Source: an uncultured Solirubrobacterales bacterium
GTDB lineage: Bacteria; Actinomycetota; Thermoleophilia; Solirubrobacterales; Solirubrobacteraceae
DNA length: 64,000 bases
Assembly: GCA_963809705.1 (NCBI GenBank)
Contig: CAWEKF010000003.1
Span: 35,147-99,146 of the forward strand
Direction: 5' to 3'
Part shown: positions 27,658 through 36,569 of the stretch, one piece after another
Layout of the letters: each line of letters opens with the position of its first letter
How positions within the stretch are numbered: position 1 is the first letter of the stretch
The notes under the pieces: model-generated
Told to the model about the DNA's origin: nothing
What the model saw: only the letters and a program-made list of their open reading frames with translations
Database searches by the model: none
Program-made: the position numbers and the translations under genes

Positions 27658-29055
27658 TCAGGCGCTCTCGGCCTGCACACGCCCCGACTTTACCGCCTGC
27701 ACGAGGGCGTCGTAGTCGCGTTCGTTCTGGTCGGCATAGGCCTCGGAGAAGTCCACGATCGCCTGGTCGAAGACCCCGCCCGCCCCAAGATAGGAAGAGA
27801 TCGCGATGCGGTCGCCCGTGCGCGCGTGGGCGCGCGCGAGCGTCCACGCGCACAGGGCGCCGTAGGCGCGCAGCTGGGGATGGTCCATCGTCTCGATTTC
27901 CACGCTCAACTTGCCGTCCCACAGCTGGCGTACATAGAAGTCGCGCGTCACTCCGTCGATGCCCGTGGCCGGAAGCCAACCCAAGAGGATGTCGCCGGAG
28001 GCCTGCATCAGGCGCTGGCCCTCGACCACGCGCTGGCCGTGGTTTGCGTACTGTGAGGCGCCCGCGTAGGGCTCGAGCACCGAGGCTTGCGCTTCCTTGG
28101 CCTGCAGCACGAGCGGGTCCTGCTCGTCGCGGCCCATGAACAAGAGCACCCAGGCCCGCGTGCCGACGCTGCCCACGCCCACGACCTTGCGCGCGATGCT
28201 CTGGAAGGTGTAGTCGCTCAGCAGCACCCCGTACTCGTCGGTGAGGCTTGAGCGATAGTCGGCCAGCATCTCCTCCAGGCGCTCGCGCAACTGCTCGCTC
28301 TCGGCTTGGCCCAACAGCTCCCGCAGCGGGACGACCAGAGGCGGTTCGCTGACGAAGCGCAACTGCCCGTCCACCGCTTCGGTGAGCTTGAGGACCGCGC
28401 GCGTGCTGTTCTTCGCGCGGGCCTTGCCCAGGCGCTTTTCCATCTGTTGCAGACGCTTGCCCTTGACCAGCTGCTGGGCGCGCACGACGCCCATGACGTC
28501 CTCGACGTTCAAGCTGGCGTACCACACGTCCAGATTGCCCATCTGAGCAAAGCCGCGCATCGACTGCCGGTAAGCCTGCGCCGTCCAAACCAGGACGTCG
28601 GCGATCTCCTGCCTGCTCAGATTGCGGTCGCGCCCGGCCACGCACAGGCTCACCGCCAAGCGCTTGACGTCCCACTCCCACGGACCCGGCAGGGTCTCGT
28701 CGAAATCGTTGATGTCGAACAGCATCTCGCGCTCGGGCGAGGCGAAGATGCCGAAGTTCGACAGGTGCGCGTCTCCGCACAGCTGCACCCGCATGCCCGA
28801 AGCCGGCGTTTGAGCCAGGTCTGCCGCCATGATCGCCGCCGCGCCCCGGTAGAACGTGAAGGGGGAGACGAGCATGCGCCCGTAGCGGATCGGCACCAGT
28901 TCCGCCACCCGGCTCTCAGCCTGGCCTTCGAGGATCGCGACCGGGTCCTCGCGGTCCTTCGGCGCCTTCCACTCCGCGTGGCTGGAGCGCGGCGTGTGCG
29001 CCCGCGCGTCCTTGCCTTCGGATTCGCGCCGCTTGACGGTCTCGGCGTCGCTCAT
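27658..29055 (-). CDS. DUF2252 family protein
   Basis: SPFTFYRGAA, CGDAHLSNFG, DINDFDE, KVVGVGSVGTR, YVRQLWD. Confidence 0.93.
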   Translation of the reverse strand: MSDAETVKRRESEGKDARAHTPRSSHAEWKAPKDREDPVAILEGQAESRVAELVPIRYGRMLVSPFTFYRGAAAIMAADLAQTPASGMRVQLCGDAHLSNFGIFASPEREMLFDINDFDETLPGPWEWDVKRLAVSLCVAGRDRNLSRQEIADVLVWTAQAYRQSMRGFAQMGNLDVWYASLNVEDVMGVVRAQQLVKGKRLQQMEKRLGKARAKNSTRAVLKLTEAVDGQLRFVSEPPLVVPLRELLGQAESEQLRERLEEMLADYRSSLTDEYGVLLSDYTFQSIARKVVGVGSVGTRAWVLLFMGRDEQDPLVLQAKEAQASVLEPYAGASQYANHGQRVVEGQRLMQASGDILLGWLPATGIDGVTRDFYVRQLWDGKLSVEIETMDHPQLRAYGALCAWTLARAHARTGDRIAISSYLGAGGVFDQAIVDFSEAYADQNERDYDALVQAVKSGRVQAESA

Positions 29056-30368
29056 GCGCCCGCTCCCGGATCCTCGTGTGTGGGTTGCTCAGGGGAGGCG
29101 ACGGGCTTGGGTCCCTGCGGGAGCGGCCGCGTGTCCTCCGTGGAGGCGTCCGCAACGGACGTGCCCGGCGTGGTGGGGTCCGGTCCGCGCGGAGCGGTGG
29201 GTCCTGCGCCACCCGACCCGGCGCTTGCCAAGAAAGCCTTCGTGTGAACGTCGGGAAACTCCTTGGCGGTCTGACGCCGGAGCATCTCGGTGCCGAACGC
29301 GGCCAGCACGATGATGATCAGGACCCCGGTGAAAGTTTTGGTTGCCACGATCGGACCCCACGCGAACAGCAGCAGCAGAATGAACGCGACCGTCCCGAAT
29401 GTGATGTCCGGTCGGTCGCGCAGGTAGGGGGCCATCAGCCGGCGCAGGTGTATAGCCGTGTGCGTCGATCCGGCGAGCAAGCCCGCGAGGATCAGGGGGA
29501 TGCCGATCAAGACGGTCGACCACGCGATGTCGGCCAGCACGCTCGTGCCGATCGACCAGGCGGCCTGGGCCGCCGGCCTGACCGCTTCGGTGGTCGCCAG
29601 CGAGTCCACGACCTTAGTGCCGATGATTCCGCGCGCCACCACGACCACGAGCCCGGCGCCGATGAAGGCGACGCCGACCGCGATCAAGGTCTGGTGGCGT
29701 CGTCCGCGTGCCAGGTACACGGCGAGCGCGAACAAGGCGAACACCAAGAGGGGCAGCACCAGCGCGAGGCTGCGCAAGAGGTTGACCGCCTTCTGCATCG
29801 TGTTCAGCTGCTTGGAGGTGACGATCCGCAGCTGGGCGACTTTGGGTGGGATCTTTTCGACGAGGCTCGAGGGCGCGCCCACCTTTTGCGCAACTTCGCC
29901 GAGCATCGGGCGCAGGTCGAGCACGACCGCGCCGCCGCCGGGCAGCTTGACGATGCTGCCTTTGTTCTCGATCAGGCGCACGAACTGAGCGTGGGTGATC
30001 TGATTGGCCTTGCTCCACAGTTCCTGCACGCGGGGACGTTCGAGCAGCAGGTTGATGCCCTTCTGGACCACGTCTTTGAGTGCGCCCGCGGCCGGCGCGG
30101 CAAGCGGCTTCAGTTCGCTGGGCAGCTCTTTGCCAAGTTCGCCGGCGACGTCCACATTGGCGTAGAGCTGTTCGGTGAGGTAGACCGACACCGCTTCGCG
30201 GATCGGTGGGCTCTCGATCAGCTTCGTGTTGGTGTTCGTCCAGTAGCTCGTGTCCAGCAGCTGCCGGTTGGCCCAAACCGCGAAGATCGCCACGATCCCG
30301 AGCACGGTAGCCACGCCGATCAGGGAGCGCACGAGCCAACGGTGGGGGTGGGGGAGGGCCGCGTTCAC
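29052..30368 (-). CDS. Integral membrane protein (start uncertain)
   Basis: Several hydrophobic helices around a soluble domain; coupled to the DUF2252 gene. Confidence 0.75.
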   Translation of the reverse strand: MNAALPHPHRWLVRSLIGVATVLGIVAIFAVWANRQLLDTSYWTNTNTKLIESPPIREAVSVYLTEQLYANVDVAGELGKELPSELKPLAAPAAGALKDVVQKGINLLLERPRVQELWSKANQITHAQFVRLIENKGSIVKLPGGGAVVLDLRPMLGEVAQKVGAPSSLVEKIPPKVAQLRIVTSKQLNTMQKAVNLLRSLALVLPLLVFALFALAVYLARGRRHQTLIAVGVAFIGAGLVVVVARGIIGTKVVDSLATTEAVRPAAQAAWSIGTSVLADIAWSTVLIGIPLILAGLLAGSTHTAIHLRRLMAPYLRDRPDITFGTVAFILLLLFAWGPIVATKTFTGVLIIIVLAAFGTEMLRRQTAKEFPDVHTKAFLASAGSGGAGPTAPRGPDPTTPGTSVADASTEDTRPLPQGPKPVASPEQPTHEDPGAGA

Positions 30369-30497
30369 TGGCGCCGGTCTCCGTTTCGCGGTGTCCGTCT
30401 GGTCAACGCCTGCGAACCGATACGGACAGGGAAACTCACACACTGCAGCCTACGCGGCGAAAGCGCGGGGCGGTAACCGTGTAACGCCGACAGGACT

Positions 30498-31334
30498 CTA
30501 CGTGTTTTCACGCAGGTCGGCCCCGGTGGTGGTCGTCATGACCTGGGCCGCGCCGCCGCCGATAGCGCGTCGCACCAGGCCGGGCGCGAGGATCCGCAAG
30601 ATGGCGGCGAGCGCGTAGGGTCGCGGCACGTAGCGCTCGGCGCGCCGCTCCACACCGGCCTGGAAGATCGCCTCGGCTGCCTTCTCGGGGGTGGAGACGA
30701 TCCAGCGTGTGAGCGCCCGACCGGTCAGCTCGGCCTGGGGGAAGCCTTCGGTGGAGATGAAGCCGGGCAGCACCAGGCCGACATGAACCCCGTGGGGTTG
30801 CTCCTCGGCGCGCAGCGAATCGGACCAGCCGGCGAAGGCGTACTTGGAGGCGCTGTAGGCGCCCGTGCCGGCGCGCGCCACGCGCGCGGCGGTGCTGGCC
30901 ACGTTGACGATCGCACTGGGCGCGCTGTCGCGCAAGATCGGCAACAGCGCCTCGGTCAGGCGCAGCTGGGCGTCGAAGTTGATCGCCATCGTGCGCCTCA
31001 CGTTCTCATAGCCACCCTGCGCGAACGTGGCGCGCCAGGCGGCGCCCGCGTTGTTGACGAGCAGGTCCAGACGCCCGTGGCGCTCGGCCAGGTGAGAGCG
31101 GACGCGCTCGGGCGCGTCCTCGTCGAGCAGATCGACGGCCACGAAGCTGGCGCGCTCGCCGAGCGAGGCGGCCAGGGCGCGCAGGCGATCCTCACGACGC
31201 GCCACGACCACGACGGCGGCGTTCGGAACAAGCGCGAGTCGTCGTGCTGCGGCCTCGCCGATCCCGCTCGAGGCTCCGGTCACGACGACGACATATGGGT
31301 GGCTGCCGAGCCCATTGACGGATCGCTCTGTCAT
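30498..31334 (-). CDS. Short-chain dehydrogenase/reductase
   Basis: TGASSGIG, NNAG, YSASK. Confidence 0.93.
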   Translation of the reverse strand: MTERSVNGLGSHPYVVVVTGASSGIGEAAARRLALVPNAAVVVVARREDRLRALAASLGERASFVAVDLLDEDAPERVRSHLAERHGRLDLLVNNAGAAWRATFAQGGYENVRRTMAINFDAQLRLTEALLPILRDSAPSAIVNVASTAARVARAGTGAYSASKYAFAGWSDSLRAEEQPHGVHVGLVLPGFISTEGFPQAELTGRALTRWIVSTPEKAAEAIFQAGVERRAERYVPRPYALAAILRILAPGLVRRAIGGGAAQVMTTTTGADLRENT

Positions 31335-32038
31335 TGGGGGTCTGCTCCGTGGGGTTCTGCTCCGCTCACGGTGCGATGCTCGACGCCGCCGGCTCCCGCG
31401 ATCAGAATGTCATCGACGAGCTCGGGAGCGAACAGGCCATGGCCGACGACTCCAGGCGTGGCCGACAGGCGCGCGGCCAGCTCGCGCGGATCCTCGACTG
31501 GACCGAAGTAGTCGGCGATCGGGTTGCCCTCGGGGCTCGGGGGCGCCTCGCGCAGTCGGGCCTCGCCGAGCAAGGCCAGCGTGGTGCGGGCGCCGAAGCG
31601 CAGCAGCTCCAGCGGCACGGGCGGGCGCAACTTGAGCACGGCCTTCTCGGCGGAGGCGATCGCCACGAAGCGGCTCGCCGCAGCGGCCACGATCTTCTCG
31701 CGCGTGTGAGCGCCGCCACCGCCCTTCACCAGCCAACCGCTCGGGTCGATCTGGTCGGCTCCGTCGATCGCGATGTCCAGCGGCGCCAGCTCGTCCAGCT
31801 CAGCCATCTCCAGGCCGAGATCGCGCGCCGCCTTCTCGGTGGCGGGGGAGGTGGCCACGCAGCGGATGCTCAGGCGCCGCGCGGCGAGCGCCGGAAGCAG
31901 ATGGGCGACGGTCGTGCCGGTGCCCAGGCCGACTCTCTGCCCATCCAGCACCAGTTCGGCCGCAGCGTGGGCGGCCGCCTGCTTGAGGGCTTCGACGCCG
32001 CTCAGGGACGCTGGTGCAGGCGCGCGCGTGGACCCCAT
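31331..32038 (-). CDS. rpiA: Ribose-5-phosphate isomerase A
   Basis: GLGTGTT, IDGADQ, KGGGGAHTREK. Confidence 0.95.
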   Translation of the reverse strand: MGSTRAPAPASLSGVEALKQAAAHAAAELVLDGQRVGLGTGTTVAHLLPALAARRLSIRCVATSPATEKAARDLGLEMAELDELAPLDIAIDGADQIDPSGWLVKGGGGAHTREKIVAAAASRFVAIASAEKAVLKLRPPVPLELLRFGARTTLALLGEARLREAPPSPEGNPIADYFGPVEDPRELAARLSATPGVVGHGLFAPELVDDILIAGAGGVEHRTVSGAEPHGADPQ

Positions 32039-32075
32039 CGTGCCTGCGAGCCTACCGCGCGCGGGGCTCGCAACG

Positions 32076-32561
32076 TCACGCGCTCTGGTTGGCGCTCACC
32101 TGCGCTGCTCTGGGTCCTTCGCCGGCTTCGATTCGTGGAGCCTCGAGCGAGCCGTCGCCCCGCAGGAAGCGCCACACCGACATCAACATCAAGATCGTCA
32201 TGATCCCCGCACTCGTGGCGCACCACTCGCAGACGGCGTGAATCGAGAACAGCTCGCGATAGGTCAGGTAGGCCGAGAAGCCGAAGCCTGCGAGCGTGAA
32301 CACGAGCGTGGCGAAGCGGCTCGTCTCGGTTTCGCGGACCAGCAGCGAGGCGAGGATCACGATATAGCCGATCAGGCCCATCAGGGCCACGGGCACGCCG
32401 GCGAGCTTGGAGTAGACCGAGGTCTGCACCTTGGTGCAGCTTTCCCCGGCGGTGCAGGCCGGCTTGATACCTGCGTAGTGCACGTAGGTCAGGTAGCTGG
32501 CGATCCCCAAGCCTATGACGGCCAGCACGATCATCGCGATGCGGACCGTGCGCCGGCTCAT
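32076..32561 (-). CDS. Vitamin K epoxide reductase (VKOR) family
   Basis: C-x5-C loop, GVPVA, CEWC. Confidence 0.92.
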   Translation of the reverse strand: MSRRTVRIAMIVLAVIGLGIASYLTYVHYAGIKPACTAGESCTKVQTSVYSKLAGVPVALMGLIGYIVILASLLVRETETSRFATLVFTLAGFGFSAYLTYRELFSIHAVCEWCATSAGIMTILMLMSVWRFLRGDGSLEAPRIEAGEGPRAAQVSANQSA

Positions 32562-33385
32562 TCTTTCAGGAGCTTTTCGATCGCCGTTTCGAACTGGCTG
32601 GCGTTCGTGAAGCCTGACACTTCCAGTTTCTGCAGAGCCCCACCCGTCTTGCCGATCATGAACGACGGGGTGCCCGTGAAACCGTTCTGGTTGGCGGCCT
32701 GGGCGTCGGCGATGACCTGATTGGGATAGGCCGGATCGTTGCGCGCCGCGCTCCATTCGGACAGGTTCAAGCCCGGCACTTGAGCAGCCAAGCCCTGCAG
32801 GTAGCTTTCGGTGACGTAGCCGCTGTCCTCTTCTCCCTGCTCGTGGTAGAAGAGCTCCAGGTAGTCCCACATCAGGTTCTGCTTGCCGGCGGCCAGCGCC
32901 GCGACCTGCTGGGTCTGGAAGGTTTCGCGTTCGCGCGTGGCGGTCTGCATCGAGTGGTACTCGATCTTGACCTTGCCGTCGCGCACGTACTTCTTGACGA
33001 TCGTCGGCAGGGCGCTCAGCGTGAACTCCTTGCAGAACGGGCACTCCAGGTCGCCGAAGTACTGGAGCGTGATCGGGGCGTTGGGGTTGCCCAGGGCGAT
33101 TGTGTGCTGGGGGATGCCCTGCAACAGCGAAACGACTTCAGTCTGGGCCGTCCTGGCCGCCGGGCTGCTCGGTGCGGGAGCTTTGGAGGAGCCGCCGCTG
33201 CCGGTCGCGACGAGGATGATCACGATGATCACGACCACCACGGCGGCGACGCCGCCCAGCTGGATCAGGCGCTTGCGCTGCGCCGACTGGGCCGCGCTTG
33301 CTTCCTCGATCGCCTTGCGTTCCTCGCGCGCCTGTTCGCGGCGCTGCTTGCGGGTCAGATCGGACTCGGGCTCGACTGGGCTCAT
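32558..33385 (-). CDS. dsbA: Membrane-anchored DsbA/thioredoxin-fold protein
   Basis: TM helix, DLECPFC, GTPSF; coupled to VKOR. Confidence 0.9.
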   Translation of the reverse strand: MSPVEPESDLTRKQRREQAREERKAIEEASAAQSAQRKRLIQLGGVAAVVVVIIVIILVATGSGGSSKAPAPSSPAARTAQTEVVSLLQGIPQHTIALGNPNAPITLQYFGDLECPFCKEFTLSALPTIVKKYVRDGKVKIEYHSMQTATRERETFQTQQVAALAAGKQNLMWDYLELFYHEQGEEDSGYVTESYLQGLAAQVPGLNLSEWSAARNDPAYPNQVIADAQAANQNGFTGTPSFMIGKTGGALQKLEVSGFTNASQFETAIEKLLKE

Positions 33386-33605
33386 GTCCCAACTTTTGCA
33401 TACTTCGCCTGAAGATTGCTTAAGGACTTGGCGTGGGCGGGCCGAGCCGGAGGTCGAGCCGTGCGCAGACAAGGGGCATAGGTGGCCCTCGGCCGGCGAA
33501 CCGGGCTTGGCTTGGGCGCCGGGCCGCGGAGGCCGGCGGCGGCCGTCGCCGGGCCTCGCGCGCGCGTGCGGGTCGTGCTCGTGGCGTAACGTAGACAGAG
33601 ACACT

Positions 33606-33679
33606 GCCCCCGTAGCTCAGCTGGATAGAGCATCGGACTTCTAATCCGAGGGTCCCAGGTTCGAATCCTGGCGGGGGCG
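33606..33679 (+). tRNA. tRNA-Arg(TCT)
   Basis: GCCCCCG/CGGGGGC acceptor stem, TCGGA-CTTCTAA-TCCGA anticodon arm, GGTTCGAATCC. Confidence 0.97.
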
Positions 33680-33717
33680 CTCAAACCGACCGCGGCGCCC
33701 AGTAGAAATTTATCCGC

Positions 33718-33909
33718 ATGAAGACAGGTGAGGTCGTACGCCTTCTGGAAGAGGCTGGCTGGGAGCTTTCACGCACGCGCGGGAGTCATCACCAGTACAA
33801 GCATCCGCAGCGGCCGGGCAAGGTCACGGTGCCTGGGAAGCCAAGCAGCACGTTGCATCCCAAGACACTCGCTAGCATCTTGAGACAGGCAGGAATGGAG
33901 AAGCCATGA
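33718..33909 (+). CDS. hicA: HicA toxin
   Basis: RGSHHQYKHP...VTVP...TLASILRQAG. Confidence 0.93.
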   Translation: MKTGEVVRLLEEAGWELSRTRGSHHQYKHPQRPGKVTVPGKPSSTLHPKTLASILRQAGMEKP

Positions 33910-34130
33910 CCCACCGCTATCTGATCGTTGTCGAGGGTGACGGTTCGACGAACTATTCGGCGTACAGCCCGGATGTGCCTGGCGTGGCGGCTGTGGGAGC
34001 CACTCGCGAGGAGTGCGAACGCGAGATGCGCGAGGCGATCGAGTTCCACATCGAAGGTCTGGCCGAGGACGGGGAACCGGTGCCCGAGGCGCACAGCACG
34101 GCTGGCTACGCCGTTGTTCAGGTTGCGTGA
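33906..34130 (+). CDS. hicB: HicB antitoxin, short form
   Basis: YSAYSPDVPGVAAVGATREE...EAIEFHIE. Confidence 0.93.
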   Translation: MTHRYLIVVEGDGSTNYSAYSPDVPGVAAVGATREECEREMREAIEFHIEGLAEDGEPVPEAHSTAGYAVVQVA

Positions 34131-34285
34131 AGGTCTCCGTCGGTCCCTAACGTTCGACAAACGTCTCCTGTGACGCCGAAGCCGACGCGCTCTACCTGCA
34201 CGTGGGCGAGCCCTCGACGGTGGTGGATTTCGACGAGTCGCCCGTGGGCCACGCTCTGCGCTTCGACGCCAATGGAGTCGATTCG
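34127..34285 (+). pseudogene. DUF2283-like remnant, frameshifted
   Basis: DAEADALYLHVGEPSTVVDFDESPVGHALRFDANG; 5' part out of frame; GTGA overlap with hicB. Confidence 0.6.
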
Positions 34286-34369
34286 TGGCGACCGCGGGAG
34301 ACCGCTTGGTAGAGTGCGGCGCCAAAGCGCGTCGGCCCCCTGCTTGCGCACCGACAACTGGGAGAAAGC

Positions 34370-36514
34370 ATGTTTCGTATCCGGTTCGCAGACGGTATGG
34401 CTGGGCAGGTAAGGGGTGTGGGGCGCGGGCACATGCGGATAGGACAAGCACTACTTGTCTCCGCTGTCAGTGTCGCGGTGATGCTGGCGTTTGCGGCCTC
34501 GGCGCTGGCAACTGGGGTTGCCCTTGATGCCCCGGACAACGGAACCGCACCGCTTATCGCCTATGACGCCTCGACGCAGACTACGTATGTCGCCTGGTCT
34601 GATCCGGTCAAGCCCGCCGTCGATCTGTGCATCCTGCCATCAGGCGCCACCGGTTGCGAGGGTGGTGCGCCGGTGCCGCTCGAAGACTCACTATTCACAG
34701 GCGCAAACTTTTCCGGTCCCGGGGGACTTGTAGTCCTTCCTGGAGGGGAGGTGGTTGTCATCGGCGATACCACGGTGAACGGAAGCATTGCTTGGATCTC
34801 ACCCGCGGGCGGCGGAGGGTTCCTCTCGGCCAAACAGGGCTTGCAGAACGGTGGCGAGCCTATCAGCAATGTTTCGCTCTTCTACGCGTTCGGAAATGCC
34901 GTTGCGCTCAGCGGCACAGACGTTGGTCTACTGGACGACTACGGCGACTTCTTTGGCGACACATCCCTCACCTCGGTCTCGCCCACTATCTCCGCACCCA
35001 ACAGCAACCAGAAAACGAGCCCGGCGGAAGGCGAGTTTCCGAGGAAGTCGCTTGAGACGGCGGGACCGGAGGTCGCCGCCGAGCCCGCGCCTGCCCCGGC
35101 GCCTGTGGGCAGCGACATCGTGGTCGGCGTCGGCGACAACTTCGGCGGGCCGAACGAAGTCCTTCCGGGATGTCTCAACAAGGAAGGCACCGGCTACGGT
35201 GTGTCAGTCGGCGAGGTCGACGGCACCTCCAAGGCTGCGGGCACCCTCAACGCCAAGGGGTTGCCGGGGTACGGAGTGCTCGCGTGCTCTGCTCAGGAGC
35301 CTGTACTGGCACAGGGGGGCGCAGACGGGATCGGCCTTGTCGAGGAGGAAGGCGACGGCATCGACGGCGCCGGAGAAATGATCACCCTCGACTATCGTCC
35401 GTTCATCGCCACGGCCAGCGGAGGCACGTTCGGCGCCCCGGTGCAGCTGGCCGACGTGACTCACGAGTCCCTCGGTGGCGTTGACGGTCTCGATCTCGCC
35501 GAGGATTCCGGTAGTGGCGTATATGCCACGTGGCTCGACTCCCAAGGCCTCGTGCTCGACTACAGCGCCAACGGCGGCGCCAGCTGGGAACCACCCGTCG
35601 TCGTGCCGGAACCGGCGGGTGGCCCACAGGGCCACCCGGTGATTGTCGGCACCGGCGGCGGCAGCGTTGAGATCGCATACGAAAGCAACCCCGGCACCGG
35701 GACGCAGGTATTCCTGGAATCAGTCAACTATGCGGCGCTTGCCGCCGCGCCCACTACGCTCACGACGACCCAGACTTCGGGCACGACAACGGGCACATCG
35801 ATCACGGTACCCGCCGGCACCGTCGGCGAGACCGACCGCGCGACGATTGCCGGCACCAATGCCGCCGGGGCGACCGGCACGGTTACCTACGCCCTCTTCT
35901 CGAGTTCGGCGTGCAGCGCGGCCAGCAGGGTGTTCAGTGGCGCCGCCGCCGTAACGGGCGGCGCTGCCGGATCGTCCCCCGCTGTCACGACGGCGCTGTC
36001 TGTGGGCATCTATTACTGGCAGGCCGCATACAGCGGTGACGCCCATAACCTGGCCAGCACGAGCGCCTGCGGCTCTGAGGCGCTGACTGTTACACCGGCT
36101 GCTGCCGGAAGCAAAGAAAGCAAAGGTACGGGAGGCGGCGCTACCGTCGAAGGCGCCGGCACGAGCACAAGCACGACCGTCACGCTCACAGTCACGTGCA
36201 CTTCGACGCCGTGCACGATCACGATCACGATCACGATCCCCGAATCGAGCGGCAAAGCGGCCACGGCGCGCAAGAAGAAAAGCAAGCGTCCGAAGATCAT
36301 CACGCTGGCGAGCGGCAAATTCACGATCGCAACCGCTGGCCCGCACAAGGTGACTCTGCACCTGACCAAAGCCGGCAAGCGGTTGTTTGCCCGCGATCAC
36401 GGTCGTGTCAAAGCAAAGGCGCTCGTGGCCGACAAGACGGCGGCTGGCACGGAGACTACGACGCGAACCGTCTCGTTCTCGCCTGCCAAAACCAAACATA
36501 AACACAAGAAGTGA
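34370..36514 (+). CDS. Large secreted Gly/Thr-rich protein with Ig-like region and Lys-rich C-terminus
   Basis: Signal peptide (..AFAASALA), YYWQAAYSGD, C-terminal VTLHLTKAGKRL...KTKHKHKK. Confidence 0.8.
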   Translation: MFRIRFADGMAGQVRGVGRGHMRIGQALLVSAVSVAVMLAFAASALATGVALDAPDNGTAPLIAYDASTQTTYVAWSDPVKPAVDLCILPSGATGCEGGAPVPLEDSLFTGANFSGPGGLVVLPGGEVVVIGDTTVNGSIAWISPAGGGGFLSAKQGLQNGGEPISNVSLFYAFGNAVALSGTDVGLLDDYGDFFGDTSLTSVSPTISAPNSNQKTSPAEGEFPRKSLETAGPEVAAEPAPAPAPVGSDIVVGVGDNFGGPNEVLPGCLNKEGTGYGVSVGEVDGTSKAAGTLNAKGLPGYGVLACSAQEPVLAQGGADGIGLVEEEGDGIDGAGEMITLDYRPFIATASGGTFGAPVQLADVTHESLGGVDGLDLAEDSGSGVYATWLDSQGLVLDYSANGGASWEPPVVVPEPAGGPQGHPVIVGTGGGSVEIAYESNPGTGTQVFLESVNYAALAAAPTTLTTTQTSGTTTGTSITVPAGTVGETDRATIAGTNAAGATGTVTYALFSSSACSAASRVFSGAAAVTGGAAGSSPAVTTALSVGIYYWQAAYSGDAHNLASTSACGSEALTVTPAAAGSKESKGTGGGATVEGAGTSTSTTVTLTVTCTSTPCTITITITIPESSGKAATARKKKSKRPKIITLASGKFTIATAGPHKVTLHLTKAGKRLFARDHGRVKAKALVADKTAAGTETTTRTVSFSPAKTKHKHKK

Positions 36515-36569
36515 CGTAGGGCAGGTGGCCGGGCGAGGCTGGGCCCGGCTGTAGGATCGGCCGCCGCCG

